DNA of 64,000 nt from Methanobacteriota archaeon. Lineage in GTDB: Archaea > Thermoplasmatota > Thermoplasmata > RBG-16-68-12. The stretch is taken from positions 25,724 to 89,723 of the forward strand of contig CAMTUI010000023.1 in NCBI GenBank assembly GCA_947084985.1, read 5' to 3'. Each line of letters opens with the position of its first letter. The stretch's first letter is position 1. This document shows, one piece after another, positions 9,388 through 18,183 of this stretch. The notes under the pieces were generated by a model. The model searched no databases. It worked only from the letters and a program-made list of their open reading frames with translations, and was not told the DNA's origin. The translations under genes and the position numbers were made by a program.

Positions 9388-10344
9388 ATGGCGGCAGAGG
9401 TGGGCGTGCGCACGTTACGCGCGGGAAGTCGCTTAGAACGGATCCTCGCCTCGGGCGAGTTCGCCGTGACCGCAGAAATCGCGCCGCCCGCATCCGGGAG
9501 CTCCGACGAGATCCGTCAGCAGGCGGCCATGTACCGCGGGATCGCGGACGCCTGCAACGTCACGGACTGCCAACGGGCCCTCGTCAAGATCTCGTCCCTT
9601 GCCGCTGCGACGATCGCGCTTCAGGAAGGCGTAGAGCCGATCATGCAGATGGTCCTGCGCGACCGGAACCGCATCGCGCTCCAGGCGGACCTCCTCGGTG
9701 CATCCGCCCTCGGGATCCGCAACGTGCTCTGCCTCTGGGGCGACCCACCGACGGCGGGGAACGAGAAGGACGCGAAAGGCGTGTTCGATCTCAACACAGA
9801 AGAATTGATCTCGACGTTCCGCACGTTGCGGGACACGGGCGTCTTGCGGGGCGGCGACAAGGTCGAACACCCACCGAAGGTCTTCATCGGAGCCGCCGCG
9901 GATCCGTTCCGCGGGACGAAGGAAGAATCGTTCGAGAAACTCCGCGGCAAGGTCACGGCGGGCGCCGACTTCATCCAGACCCAAGCGGTGTACGACGTCG
10001 ACGCGTTCGAGGAATGGATGCGCCTCGTGCGGAAGGAATGGCTCCACACGCACGTCCACATCCTGGCGGGCGTCATCCCGCTACACTCCGCGAGGATGGC
10101 GAAGTTCATGGTCGAGAAGATCGGCGTGGTCATCCCGAAGCACATCATGGACCGCATGGAGAAGGCGCCGAACCCGAAGGCGGAGGGGATCAGCATCGCG
10201 TTGCGCACGATCAAGGCGATGCGAAAGATTGAGGGCGTGCGGGGCGTCCACATCATGCCGATCACCTGGGATGAGGTCGTGCCGGAACTCGTGAAGGAAG
10301 CGGGCCTCCACCCTCGGCCGACGCCTCCCGATGCAGACGCGTGA
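9388..10344 (+). CDS. Methylenetetrahydrofolate reductase (MetF) family protein
   Basis: TIM-barrel MTHFR-like sequence (CLWGDPPTAG, FIQTQAVYD). Confidence 0.7.
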   Translation: MAAEVGVRTLRAGSRLERILASGEFAVTAEIAPPASGSSDEIRQQAAMYRGIADACNVTDCQRALVKISSLAAATIALQEGVEPIMQMVLRDRNRIALQADLLGASALGIRNVLCLWGDPPTAGNEKDAKGVFDLNTEELISTFRTLRDTGVLRGGDKVEHPPKVFIGAAADPFRGTKEESFEKLRGKVTAGADFIQTQAVYDVDAFEEWMRLVRKEWLHTHVHILAGVIPLHSARMAKFMVEKIGVVIPKHIMDRMEKAPNPKAEGISIALRTIKAMRKIEGVRGVHIMPITWDEVVPELVKEAGLHPRPTPPDADA

Positions 10345-10419
10345 CACGCCCACGAGCGGCTCTTCAAGATTCCTATGAACCTTTAATTGCACCGTCTCCA
10401 TTGCGACTCGGTAAGCAGG

Positions 10420-11955
10420 ATGGTTTCCCCCCGGCGCGCCCTGCTGAGCGTCTCGGACAAGGAGGGCCTCGTGGACTTCTGCCGGGGCCTGCGCGAACTT
10501 GGTTTTGAGCTGCTCGGCACGGAAGGGACCGCGAAGACGCTCCGCGAGGCCGGCCTGCCCGTGACGACGGTTGCGGATTACACAGGGCTCCACGAAGGCC
10601 TCGGGGGTCGCGTGAAGACGCTGCATCCGCGCATCTTCGCGGGTATCCTCGCGCCGCGCGGGGACGAGAAGGACTTGGAGGACCTCGGAGCGAAATCGAT
10701 CGACCTCGTCGTGGTGAACCTCTATCCGTTCGAGGCCACCGTCGCGAAGCCCGGAGTCGGTCTCGAGGAGGCGATCGAGAACATCGACATCGGCGGCGTC
10801 TCCCTGATCCGCGCAGCGGCGAAGAACGCCTCTCGCGTGGCGGTCGTCGTCCGACCGTCCCGCTACGCGGACGTCCTAAAGGCCCTCCGGCTCGAGAAGT
10901 CCGTGCCCGCCCGCCTGCGCGAAGCGCTCGCCCTCGAGGCATTCGAATGCACATCCCGCTACGACGCGGCGATTTACAACTATCTCGCCAAGAAGCAGGG
11001 CCACGCCCTCCCGCCGGCCCTGCGGCTCGCATACGAGAAGATTGCGGACCTCCGCTATGGGGAGAACCCGCACCAGAAGGCGGCCCTCTACCGAGAGCCG
11101 TTCCCCCACGCTGCGACCGCCACCGCGGAGAAACTCCAAGGTAGGGAGCTTTCGTACAACAACCTCATCGACCTCGACGCGGCGCTGCGCGTCGCGACGG
11201 AGTTCGAGAGGCCAACGGCGGTCGTAATCAAGCACACGAATCCCTCCGGGGTGGCGGTGTCCTCGCGCCTCGCGGAGGCGTACGAAGCGGCCCACGATGC
11301 GGACCCGATCTCCGCCTACGGCGGCGTCGTCGGCCTGAATCGCACGGTTGACATCGCGACGGCGCGGAAGATGAAGGGGGACGTGCTCGACGCGGTAATC
11401 GCGCCGGGCTACGAGCCGGAGGCCCTCGAAATCCTGAAGGCGAAGAAGAAGGGGACGTTCCTGATCCTGCGGACGAGCGGAGAACTCCGGAAGGACCACG
11501 GAGTCGACATGGTCCGCGTCCTCGGCGGCGTCCTTCTCCAGACGACCGACTTCCCCGAGCTGCGTCCCGAGCTTTTCAAGGTCGTCACGAAAGTCGCGCC
11601 GACGGCGGACCAGATGAAGGAGATCGTGTTCGGCATCCGCGTGAGCCGCTTCGTCAAGTCGAACTCAATCGTCCTCTCGAAGGGCGAGCGGACCGTGGGC
11701 ATCGGCGCAGGGCAGATGAGCCGCGTCGACTCGTGCCGGATCGCCTGTGCCAAGGCGGAAGACAAGGCGCGAGGCAGCGTCGCGGTGAGCGATGCGTACT
11801 TCCCGTTCCGCGACGGACTCGACGCGCTCGCGAAGGCCGGCGTAGCGGCCGTCGCCCAACCCGGTGGATCGATCCGCGACGCGGAGGTCATTGCCGCCGC
11901 GGACGAGCACGGGATTGCGATGGTCTTTACGGGAGTTCGCCTGTTCAAGCATTGA
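10420..11955 (+). CDS. purH: Bifunctional AICAR formyltransferase/IMP cyclohydrolase
   Basis: MGS-like N-domain (ALLSVSDKEGLVDF). AICARFT domain (YGENPHQ, PGGSIRD). C-terminus MVFTGVRLFKH. Confidence 0.9.
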   Translation: MVSPRRALLSVSDKEGLVDFCRGLRELGFELLGTEGTAKTLREAGLPVTTVADYTGLHEGLGGRVKTLHPRIFAGILAPRGDEKDLEDLGAKSIDLVVVNLYPFEATVAKPGVGLEEAIENIDIGGVSLIRAAAKNASRVAVVVRPSRYADVLKALRLEKSVPARLREALALEAFECTSRYDAAIYNYLAKKQGHALPPALRLAYEKIADLRYGENPHQKAALYREPFPHAATATAEKLQGRELSYNNLIDLDAALRVATEFERPTAVVIKHTNPSGVAVSSRLAEAYEAAHDADPISAYGGVVGLNRTVDIATARKMKGDVLDAVIAPGYEPEALEILKAKKKGTFLILRTSGELRKDHGVDMVRVLGGVLLQTTDFPELRPELFKVVTKVAPTADQMKEIVFGIRVSRFVKSNSIVLSKGERTVGIGAGQMSRVDSCRIACAKAEDKARGSVAVSDAYFPFRDGLDALAKAGVAAVAQPGGSIRDAEVIAAADEHGIAMVFTGVRLFKH

Positions 11956-11964
11956 GGAGATCCC

Positions 11965-12606
11965 GTGGCCCGCATCAAGGTCGGCGTCCTGGCCTCCGGG
12001 AGGGGCACGGACTTCCAGAGCCTCGCGGACGCGCGGGATCGCGGAGAACTCGACGTCGAGCTCGCAATCCTCGTGTGCAACGTGCCGGGCGCGCCCGTCC
12101 TCGAGCGGGCGAAGAGCGCCGGTGTGCCCTCGACGGTCGTCGACCATCGGCCCTTCGGCAAGGACCGCGAAGCGTTCGAGCGGGAGGTCGTGAGTGTCCT
12201 CAACGGGAAGCACGTGGACCTGGTCGTCTTCGCGGGATTCATGCGCCTCGTGACACCGTACTTCGTGAAGGCGTTCCCGAACCGGATCATGAACATCCAT
12301 CCGTCCCTCCTCCCCGCGTTCCCCGGGGCGAACGCGCACCGGGACGTCCTGGCGGCCGGGGCGAAGGTCTCCGGCTTGACGATTCATTTCGTGGATGCCT
12401 CGTTGGACGGAGGCCCGATTATCCTCCAGAAGGCCGTCCCGGTCCGGGACGACGACACGGAGGACATGTTGGCCGCGCGAGTCCTCGAACAGGAGCACAT
12501 CTTCCTCCCGCTCGCGGTGCGCTTGTTCGCGGAGGGACGACTTCGCGTGGAAGGACGCCGTGTGGTCATAGACCGCCGCGGGATCGATCTCCCGCCGATG
12601 GCCTAA
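11965..12606 (+). CDS. purN: Phosphoribosylglycinamide formyltransferase (GTG start)
   Basis: IKVGVLASGRGT and NIHPSLLPAFPG motifs. Confidence 0.9.
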   Translation: MARIKVGVLASGRGTDFQSLADARDRGELDVELAILVCNVPGAPVLERAKSAGVPSTVVDHRPFGKDREAFEREVVSVLNGKHVDLVVFAGFMRLVTPYFVKAFPNRIMNIHPSLLPAFPGANAHRDVLAAGAKVSGLTIHFVDASLDGGPIILQKAVPVRDDDTEDMLAARVLEQEHIFLPLAVRLFAEGRLRVEGRRVVIDRRGIDLPPMA

Positions 12607-13343
12607 CCGAACTCCTCGAGGACCGCGGGGATTTCTTCGAGTGTGCGCACCTTCACGTCCGGATGTACGTCATCCGGAAGAAGATTGTGGACCCGGCGCA
12701 GCCAATCGACGGACCGCGGATCCGGCGGATCCCGAGGCACGCGTTCGAGGAGTGCGGTCCTCAGGCCGACGCCCTTCGCTCCGAACACGTCGGGCACGAG
12801 CTGATCGCCCACGTGGAGAACCTGCTTCGGCAAGAGGGAGAGCCGCGTGAGCAGCTCCTGGAAGACGACCGGGTGGGGTGCCGCATGGCGGGTCTCGCGA
12901 GTCGAGATGACGACATCGATCCAGGGCGAGATACGTTGCTCCCATGACGTGCCCAGCGGGAAGGACGAATCGTCCACCAACGCGACGCGGTATCCGGATT
13001 CATGGAGGGAGTCGAGCGTGGGCAGGGTATCGGGACGCCATTCGATCGACGCGGCGAGGGATTCGGCGGCGGCGGTCAGGACGCGCTCGATCCCATTCGC
13101 TTGGTCGGGGAACGAACGCGCGAGGACGGACTCCAGAGGCTCCTCTGTGAGATCCGACCAGCGCGCTTCGAGGCGGCGCGACTCCTCGCGCTGCCAGGAT
13201 GCGAGGAACGCCTCCCGAGACGGCGGCGCGCCGCGGGACTCGAGCGCGGCGTGGATCGCAAGAGGGACCGCATCGGGCGGGTGGGTGCGACGGAGCGCGG
13301 CACGGGACGAAAGGCTCACGACTCGGATGTCGCGGACCCACAT
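12603..13343 (-). CDS. HAD-like hydrolase (class IA-like; motif I not evident)
   Basis: HAD motif IV-like VLHVGDQLVPDV. No DxDGT motif is seen near the chosen start; start uncertain. Confidence 0.5.
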   Translation of the reverse strand: MWVRDIRVVSLSSRAALRRTHPPDAVPLAIHAALESRGAPPSREAFLASWQREESRRLEARWSDLTEEPLESVLARSFPDQANGIERVLTAAAESLAASIEWRPDTLPTLDSLHESGYRVALVDDSSFPLGTSWEQRISPWIDVVISTRETRHAAPHPVVFQELLTRLSLLPKQVLHVGDQLVPDVFGAKGVGLRTALLERVPRDPPDPRSVDWLRRVHNLLPDDVHPDVKVRTLEEIPAVLEEFG

Positions 13344-13423
13344 GGACGCCGACCCAGGGAAGGGGTGTGCGATGAACGTTTCGAAAACGCGCGATCGGAA
13401 AGAAAGGGCCGTCCAGGAATCCT

Positions 13424-13453
13424 GAACGGCCTCGTTTGTGGAGGGATGCTTGT
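13424..13453. repeat. 30-bp direct repeat copy A (GAACGGCCTCGTTTGTGGAGGGATGCTTGT)
   Basis: Copy B at 13591..13619 differs by one T indel. Confidence 0.55.
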
Positions 13454-13460
13454 CTAAGCG

Positions 13461-13497
13461 TCTCGACAATAGCGAGACGCTATAAAACGCTTTTCGA
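13461..13497 (-). promoter_or_regulatory. Palindrome GCGTCTCG-ACAATAG-CGAGACGC abutting a BRE/TATA element (minus-strand CTTCGAAAAGCGTTTTATAG)
   Basis: 8-bp perfect inverted repeat immediately next to TATAAAA/CGAAAAG. Confidence 0.4.
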
Positions 13498-13590
13498 AGT
13501 ACCCGGTTCTGGGCGAGTCGGCGGACCGGAGATAACATCCGGCCTTAGGAGAAAAAGGGCAAGGCCGTTCGCCGTTTCAGGAAAAGGAGG

Positions 13591-13619
13591 GAACGGCCTC
13601 GTTGTGGAGGGATGCTTGT
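13591..13619. repeat. 30-bp direct repeat copy B
   Basis: GAACGGCCTCGTTGTGGAGGGATGCTTGT. Confidence 0.55.
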
Positions 13620-13776
13620 AATGACTCCTAGCGGGCCGTTGTATATCAATTTTAGCCATCTCGATTCGGGGCCTGTTCCCATGGAGGCGGACCGACTCGC
13701 CGCGGCGCGGAGCAAGTCCACACCGGCCGTCGGAAGGCTTATGGCAGCCGGGACGCTTCGACGGGACGGAGCGGGC

Positions 13777-14274
13777 ATGAAGGGCGTCGGGAAGTTCGGT
13801 GAGGTCCTGGCCGGGGAGAAGGGCAAGGTCAGCTACGACGAGGTCGCCACGCGCTTGGAGAAAATCATCCGCTCCGGGAGCCAGAGGAAGGCGATCACGG
13901 ACTTTGTCTGCCGCGAGCTCCGGAAGATCCCCCACTACACCTGGGTCGGGATTTACTTGGTCGAAGGACCGGAACTCGTCCTTGCCTCCTGGTCCGGGCC
14001 GTCCGCCACCCTGCACACCCGAATCCCGGTGGGCCAGGGGATCTGTGGCGCCGGCGTGACGGAGAAGGCCACGGTCATGGTCCCCGACGTGAACAAGGAC
14101 CCGCGGTACCTGCAATGTTTCATCAACACGAGCTCGGAGATCGTCGTGCCGCTCCTGAAAGACGGCGTTCCCGTGGCGGAAATCGACATCGATTCGGACC
14201 AGCTCGATGCCTTCAACCCGACGGACAAGACGTTCCTCGAGTGGGTTGCTCAGGAACTCGTCGCGGTCCTGTGA
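13777..14274 (+). CDS. GAF domain protein (free Met-sulfoxide reductase-like GAF)
   Basis: GAF pattern (HYTWVGIYLVEG...GQGICGAGV...SEIVVPL). Start taken at MKGVGKF because the 5' part of the six-frame ORF has AT-rich, promoter-like codons. Confidence 0.7.
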   Translation: MKGVGKFGEVLAGEKGKVSYDEVATRLEKIIRSGSQRKAITDFVCRELRKIPHYTWVGIYLVEGPELVLASWSGPSATLHTRIPVGQGICGAGVTEKATVMVPDVNKDPRYLQCFINTSSEIVVPLLKDGVPVAEIDIDSDQLDAFNPTDKTFLEWVAQELVAVL

Positions 14275-14433
14275 GACAACTCCCGTCGTCTTGGCGACGA
14301 GACGGGTCTCGTGGGGGCGGCACGTCCCTTTGACTATCACGTTTCGACGTCCGTCCAATAATCCATTAATCCGCCCGACGCGCGTCGATCCGCAGACGCG
14401 GGACGCGCCGTCCCAGTCCTTGGTGCATCGCTC

Positions 14434-15510
14434 ATGTCCCTGCCACCGCCTCCGACGGACCCGGCCGCCCTCGCCGCGCAGCAGCGCCGGGTGGGGCGGA
14501 ACCGCGCGATCCGCGCCGTGTTCCTCTCCGCCGTCGTCGTCGGATCCGTCGTCGCGATCTGGGCCCTCTCCGCGGGGGAAGTGCCCACGAGGTCCGAGTG
14601 GGCGTTCCGGATGACCCAGGTCCGCGATCTGCAGGATGCGGGCCTCGACGGACGCGGGGAGGTCGTCTGCCTCGTCGACACAGGGATCGATCCGGGCCAT
14701 CCGGATCTGTCGGGGGTGCCGATCCGAGGATGGCGGGATTTCGTGCGAGGCCGCGCGGACCCGTACGATGACGACGGGCACGGGACCGCGATGGCGGGGA
14801 TTATCGCCGCACGCGGTGCGCTCACGGGTGTCGCGCCCGCGGTGGCCCTGATCGTCGCGAAGGCCCTCGACGCGCACGGCATGGGGACGAGCGCTGGCCT
14901 CGCGTCGGCAATCGACTTCTGTGTCGATCCGGACGGCGATGGGAACCGGACGGACGGGGCCGACGTCGTGAGCCTTTCCCTCGCGGCCGCGTCGAACGTC
15001 ACGCTGGGTTCCGACGTGACGGCGGCCGTGACGGCCGCCTTGAGCTGGGGGGTCGTGATCGTCGCGAGTGCGGGCAACGATGGTCTGGCGGATGACGGGG
15101 ACGTGCAGAACCCCGCCTCCATCGAGGGCGTGATCGCGGTGGGTTCGGTCGACGAGTTTGGCGCGGTCGCCCTGTTCAGCTCGAAGGGCGCCTCCGTCGG
15201 TCGGACAGATCCGAACCGCAAACCGGAACTCGTCGCGCCGGGCGTGGACCTACTCACGACGGCGCGGGGCGGGGGCTATCAGCTGGTGAGCGGTACGTCT
15301 GCGTCGGCCGCCTTTGTCTCCGGTATCGTAGCCCTCCTCTTGGAAGCCCATCCGAACGTCGGTACCGCCGCGAACTTCGCGATGATCCTCTCTCTGAAGA
15401 CCGCCCTGATGGACGCGGCACACGAGGCGCTTGGGCAAGTCGCGCCGCATGACCCGCACTACGGCTATGGGGTCGTCGCCGCGGCGAGCGCCAGCGTCTT
15501 GCTCCCTTGA
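14434..15510 (+). CDS. Subtilisin-like serine protease (peptidase S8), membrane-anchored via an N-terminal TM
   Basis: Catalytic triad contexts DTGID, HGTAMAG, GTSASAAF. N-terminal hydrophobic helix AVFLSAVVVGSVVAIWAL. Confidence 0.85.
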   Translation: MSLPPPPTDPAALAAQQRRVGRNRAIRAVFLSAVVVGSVVAIWALSAGEVPTRSEWAFRMTQVRDLQDAGLDGRGEVVCLVDTGIDPGHPDLSGVPIRGWRDFVRGRADPYDDDGHGTAMAGIIAARGALTGVAPAVALIVAKALDAHGMGTSAGLASAIDFCVDPDGDGNRTDGADVVSLSLAAASNVTLGSDVTAAVTAALSWGVVIVASAGNDGLADDGDVQNPASIEGVIAVGSVDEFGAVALFSSKGASVGRTDPNRKPELVAPGVDLLTTARGGGYQLVSGTSASAAFVSGIVALLLEAHPNVGTAANFAMILSLKTALMDAAHEALGQVAPHDPHYGYGVVAAASASVLLP

Positions 15511-15512
15511 CA

Positions 15513-17213
15513 TTAGTGGCCGTTCGTCGGCGGGAACGCCCCGAGAGGCGACACGATGGAAGGCCGGGCGGACCATCCGATTGCGGCGAGGTCGAGGGCG
15601 AGCTGCACCCGCCGCTCCGGAGGCACGGAGGATGCCCCGAGGGCCTCGATTGCGCGAAGGCGCGGGAGAAGACCCGCACGATTCGCATTCTGGATCTCGA
15701 GACCTGGCCGACGGTTGATCTCGAGGACGACCGGACCGTACCGCGCATCGAGGACAATGTCCACGCCGGCAAAACCGAGGCGCGAGGCCACCTGGGCCTC
15801 CGACGCGATCTCCAGGATATCGCGCCACTGGGGGATGAGGAATCCTTCGATCCGAACGCCGGTGTCGGGATGGACGTCCACGCGCACGCCGTCCCACACG
15901 GCGGAGGTGATTCGCCCGGTGGACAGGTCGATCCCCGCGCCGACGGCGCCCGCATGGAGGTTCGCACGACCCCTGGACATCTTCGTCGGGAAGCGGGCCA
16001 TGGCCATCACCGGGTGGCCGAGGAGGCAGACGATCCTTACGTCGGCGACCCCTTCCGGGGTGAGCGGTTTGAGCCGCGGGTCGGGATCGAGCAGTTCCTC
16101 CAGAATCGCGACGTCCGGACGGCCGTCGTTGAATTCGCCGTCGACGATCCGCTGGATATGCTTCAGGAGTTCCTCGTTCGTTTCCACGTGCCCGTTGACG
16201 AGGAACTTGTCGGCCCTGCGACCGCGTACGAGGACGATCCCTTCGCCTCCGTAAGCCGACGCGGGCTTGATGGCGGCGCTCTGCAGGCGATCCAGGAGGG
16301 CGGACGCCTTTGCGAGGTCGCTCCGACCGCGGACGTACAGATAGGTGCGGGGCATGGGGACGCCGTCGGGGACAAGGATTTCCTTGACGCGCGCCTTGTC
16401 GAGGCTCGCGAGGAGGGCCGGAGGGTTGTATCGGTCCACGAAGTCGCGGTTCCGGAGGTTCATCGTGAGAACGCTCCCGCCGAGACGTGAGTCGTCCTCG
16501 TCCGGCCGGGCGCCGCGGAACCGGAAGCGCTCGGACAGGCGGAAACGTACTTGGGTGCCGAGGAGCCAGTTCAAGACCACGAGGCCGGTCCACGCGAGTG
16601 GGTTCAGGATCACGAAGGTGACCAAGGCCGTCTGGACCATCACGACGTACGAGACGACGATCGCGACGACCGTGTACGACAACGCCCGGAGCCCGGGATA
16701 CCAACCCACGCGGGTGACCTCCTCGACGAACCGCTCCGCGAACCACGCGGTGATCAGGATCGGGAAGAGGGCGACGTAGGCGAGGCCGGGGACGAACGTG
16801 AACGCGCCGAGGAGGGTCCCGGTGACGGCCGCGAGCCCGACGACGGTGATGAGGATCGCGACCCGATGCGATTCCTGGACGCTCTCATGGAGCAACGAGG
16901 CACGCGCGAGGACGACCACGACGAGCATGAACACGAAGATCAGGAATCCGAGGAACGGGCCGGCGACCACCATGGAAGCGGCGACGACCACCGCACCGAA
17001 GGTCCCGTACGTCTTCAGACCGACGACGTTCCGGACGGCGGCGACCAGGGTCGCTCCCAGGGCGATCTGGAAGAAGATGTGGAGTGAGAGGAGCGGTGTG
17101 GCGAGAGCAGCGACATGCCACTGGAGCCACCCTGTGAGCGCGGTCAGAACGAGAAGGAAAGCGGCGAAGGGTACGTGGCGAAGCCGATTGTTCGTCAGTG
17201 ATACCGCTCCCAA
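15513..17213 (-). CDS. 7TM membrane domain fused to an ATP-grasp (alpha-L-glutamate-ligase/RimK-like) domain
   Basis: About 7 predicted TM helices in the first 230 aa. C-terminal ~330 aa has an ATP-grasp pattern (KPASAYGGEGIVLV, VLEINRRPGL). TTG start. Confidence 0.7.
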   Translation of the reverse strand: MGAVSLTNNRLRHVPFAAFLLVLTALTGWLQWHVAALATPLLSLHIFFQIALGATLVAAVRNVVGLKTYGTFGAVVVAASMVVAGPFLGFLIFVFMLVVVVLARASLLHESVQESHRVAILITVVGLAAVTGTLLGAFTFVPGLAYVALFPILITAWFAERFVEEVTRVGWYPGLRALSYTVVAIVVSYVVMVQTALVTFVILNPLAWTGLVVLNWLLGTQVRFRLSERFRFRGARPDEDDSRLGGSVLTMNLRNRDFVDRYNPPALLASLDKARVKEILVPDGVPMPRTYLYVRGRSDLAKASALLDRLQSAAIKPASAYGGEGIVLVRGRRADKFLVNGHVETNEELLKHIQRIVDGEFNDGRPDVAILEELLDPDPRLKPLTPEGVADVRIVCLLGHPVMAMARFPTKMSRGRANLHAGAVGAGIDLSTGRITSAVWDGVRVDVHPDTGVRIEGFLIPQWRDILEIASEAQVASRLGFAGVDIVLDARYGPVVLEINRRPGLEIQNANRAGLLPRLRAIEALGASSVPPERRVQLALDLAAIGWSARPSIVSPLGAFPPTNGH

Positions 17214-17303
17214 CGACCGCTATATTCCCGCGGAAACGGTCGCAGCTCTGCGTACGGACCCGGGGTATTAAGGATTCATTGAACGGTTTTCGAAGTTCGC
17301 GGG

Positions 17304-17861
17304 TCAGAGGCGGAACTCGCCCCAGACGCGGATGAACGTATCAATCTGGTCCGGCGTCGCCAGCTCGTACGTCGCCATGATCCGTGCGATCGCCTTCGGG
17401 TCCGAGACCCGATAGCCGTGTTCCCTCGGCTCCGCGTGCTCGACCAAGCCAGCGCCCTGAATCTTCTTCAGGTGGTGCGACAGGGTGGACGCAGACACGG
17501 GCGTGTGCTCGAGGATCTCCTTGTGGGTCGCGGCTTCCCGCTCCATCAGGAACGCGAGGATGCGGAGGGGCACCGGCTGCCGCAGGAACGCGAGAATCTG
17601 CTTCTCCTGGTCAGTGAGGGCAGGCCGCTCGTCGGCGCCTCGGGGCATGGATCGCGGGTAGAACCGCTTGTATTCTCCGTCCATCGAGGACGCGATCAGC
17701 TCGTGCTTCTCGAGGAAGCGTAGATGGTAGTCGGCCAGGGTGATCGACAGGCCGAGCGCTCGTGCGACCTCACGCAAGTGGAATCCGGGGTTCTTCCGCA
17801 CGAAGTCGTACAGGTCCTTCCGTTTCTTGACCGCCAGGACCTCCTCGTCCATGGAGACCAC
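17304..17861 (-). CDS. ArsR-family-like wHTH transcriptional regulator (two wHTH repeats)
   Basis: Two helix-turn-helix segments (FHLREVARALGLSITLADYHLRFLEKHELI, ATHKEILEHTPVSASTLSHHLKKIQGAGLV). Confidence 0.7.
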   Translation of the reverse strand: MVSMDEEVLAVKKRKDLYDFVRKNPGFHLREVARALGLSITLADYHLRFLEKHELIASSMDGEYKRFYPRSMPRGADERPALTDQEKQILAFLRQPVPLRILAFLMEREAATHKEILEHTPVSASTLSHHLKKIQGAGLVEHAEPREHGYRVSDPKAIARIMATYELATPDQIDTFIRVWGEFRL

Positions 17862-17868
17862 GCGGCCT

Positions 17869-18135
17869 TCAGCGGCGCAGGGTGAACCCGTAGAACAGGG
17901 CGAGGATCACCAGGTCGAGGGAACCGGACAGGATGAACAGGTCCGTCAGGCCAATCGAGCCCGCGAACAGGGCGAGGGTCAGGAGCAGGCCTTTCACGAA
18001 GAACACGCCGAACGCGGCCGCCAGGAACACGATATGGATGTCTCGCGTGCGTCGGAACGCGAGGATCGCGATCCCGCTCAGGGCCAAGGCGAACACTGAC
18101 ACGGCGCCGACGAGGATGTTCTCGATGGCCACCAT
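17869..18135 (-). CDS. Small membrane protein (3 predicted TM)
   Basis: Hydrophobic 88-aa ORF lying 8 nt beyond the regulator gene start. Confidence 0.4.
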   Translation of the reverse strand: MVAIENILVGAVSVFALALSGIAILAFRRTRDIHIVFLAAAFGVFFVKGLLLTLALFAGSIGLTDLFILSGSLDLVILALFYGFTLRR

Positions 18136-18183
18136 GGGGACGACCGTTTCCCGTAAAGGAGCGTGATGTTAAGGATTCCGGCC

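Noticed and set aside
13612-13776. Upstream ATG start for the GAF gene (tool ORF 13612..14274)
   Set aside because: The first ~55 codons are AT-rich and contain the 30-bp repeat and a TATA-like box. GAF homology begins at MKGVGKF (13777).
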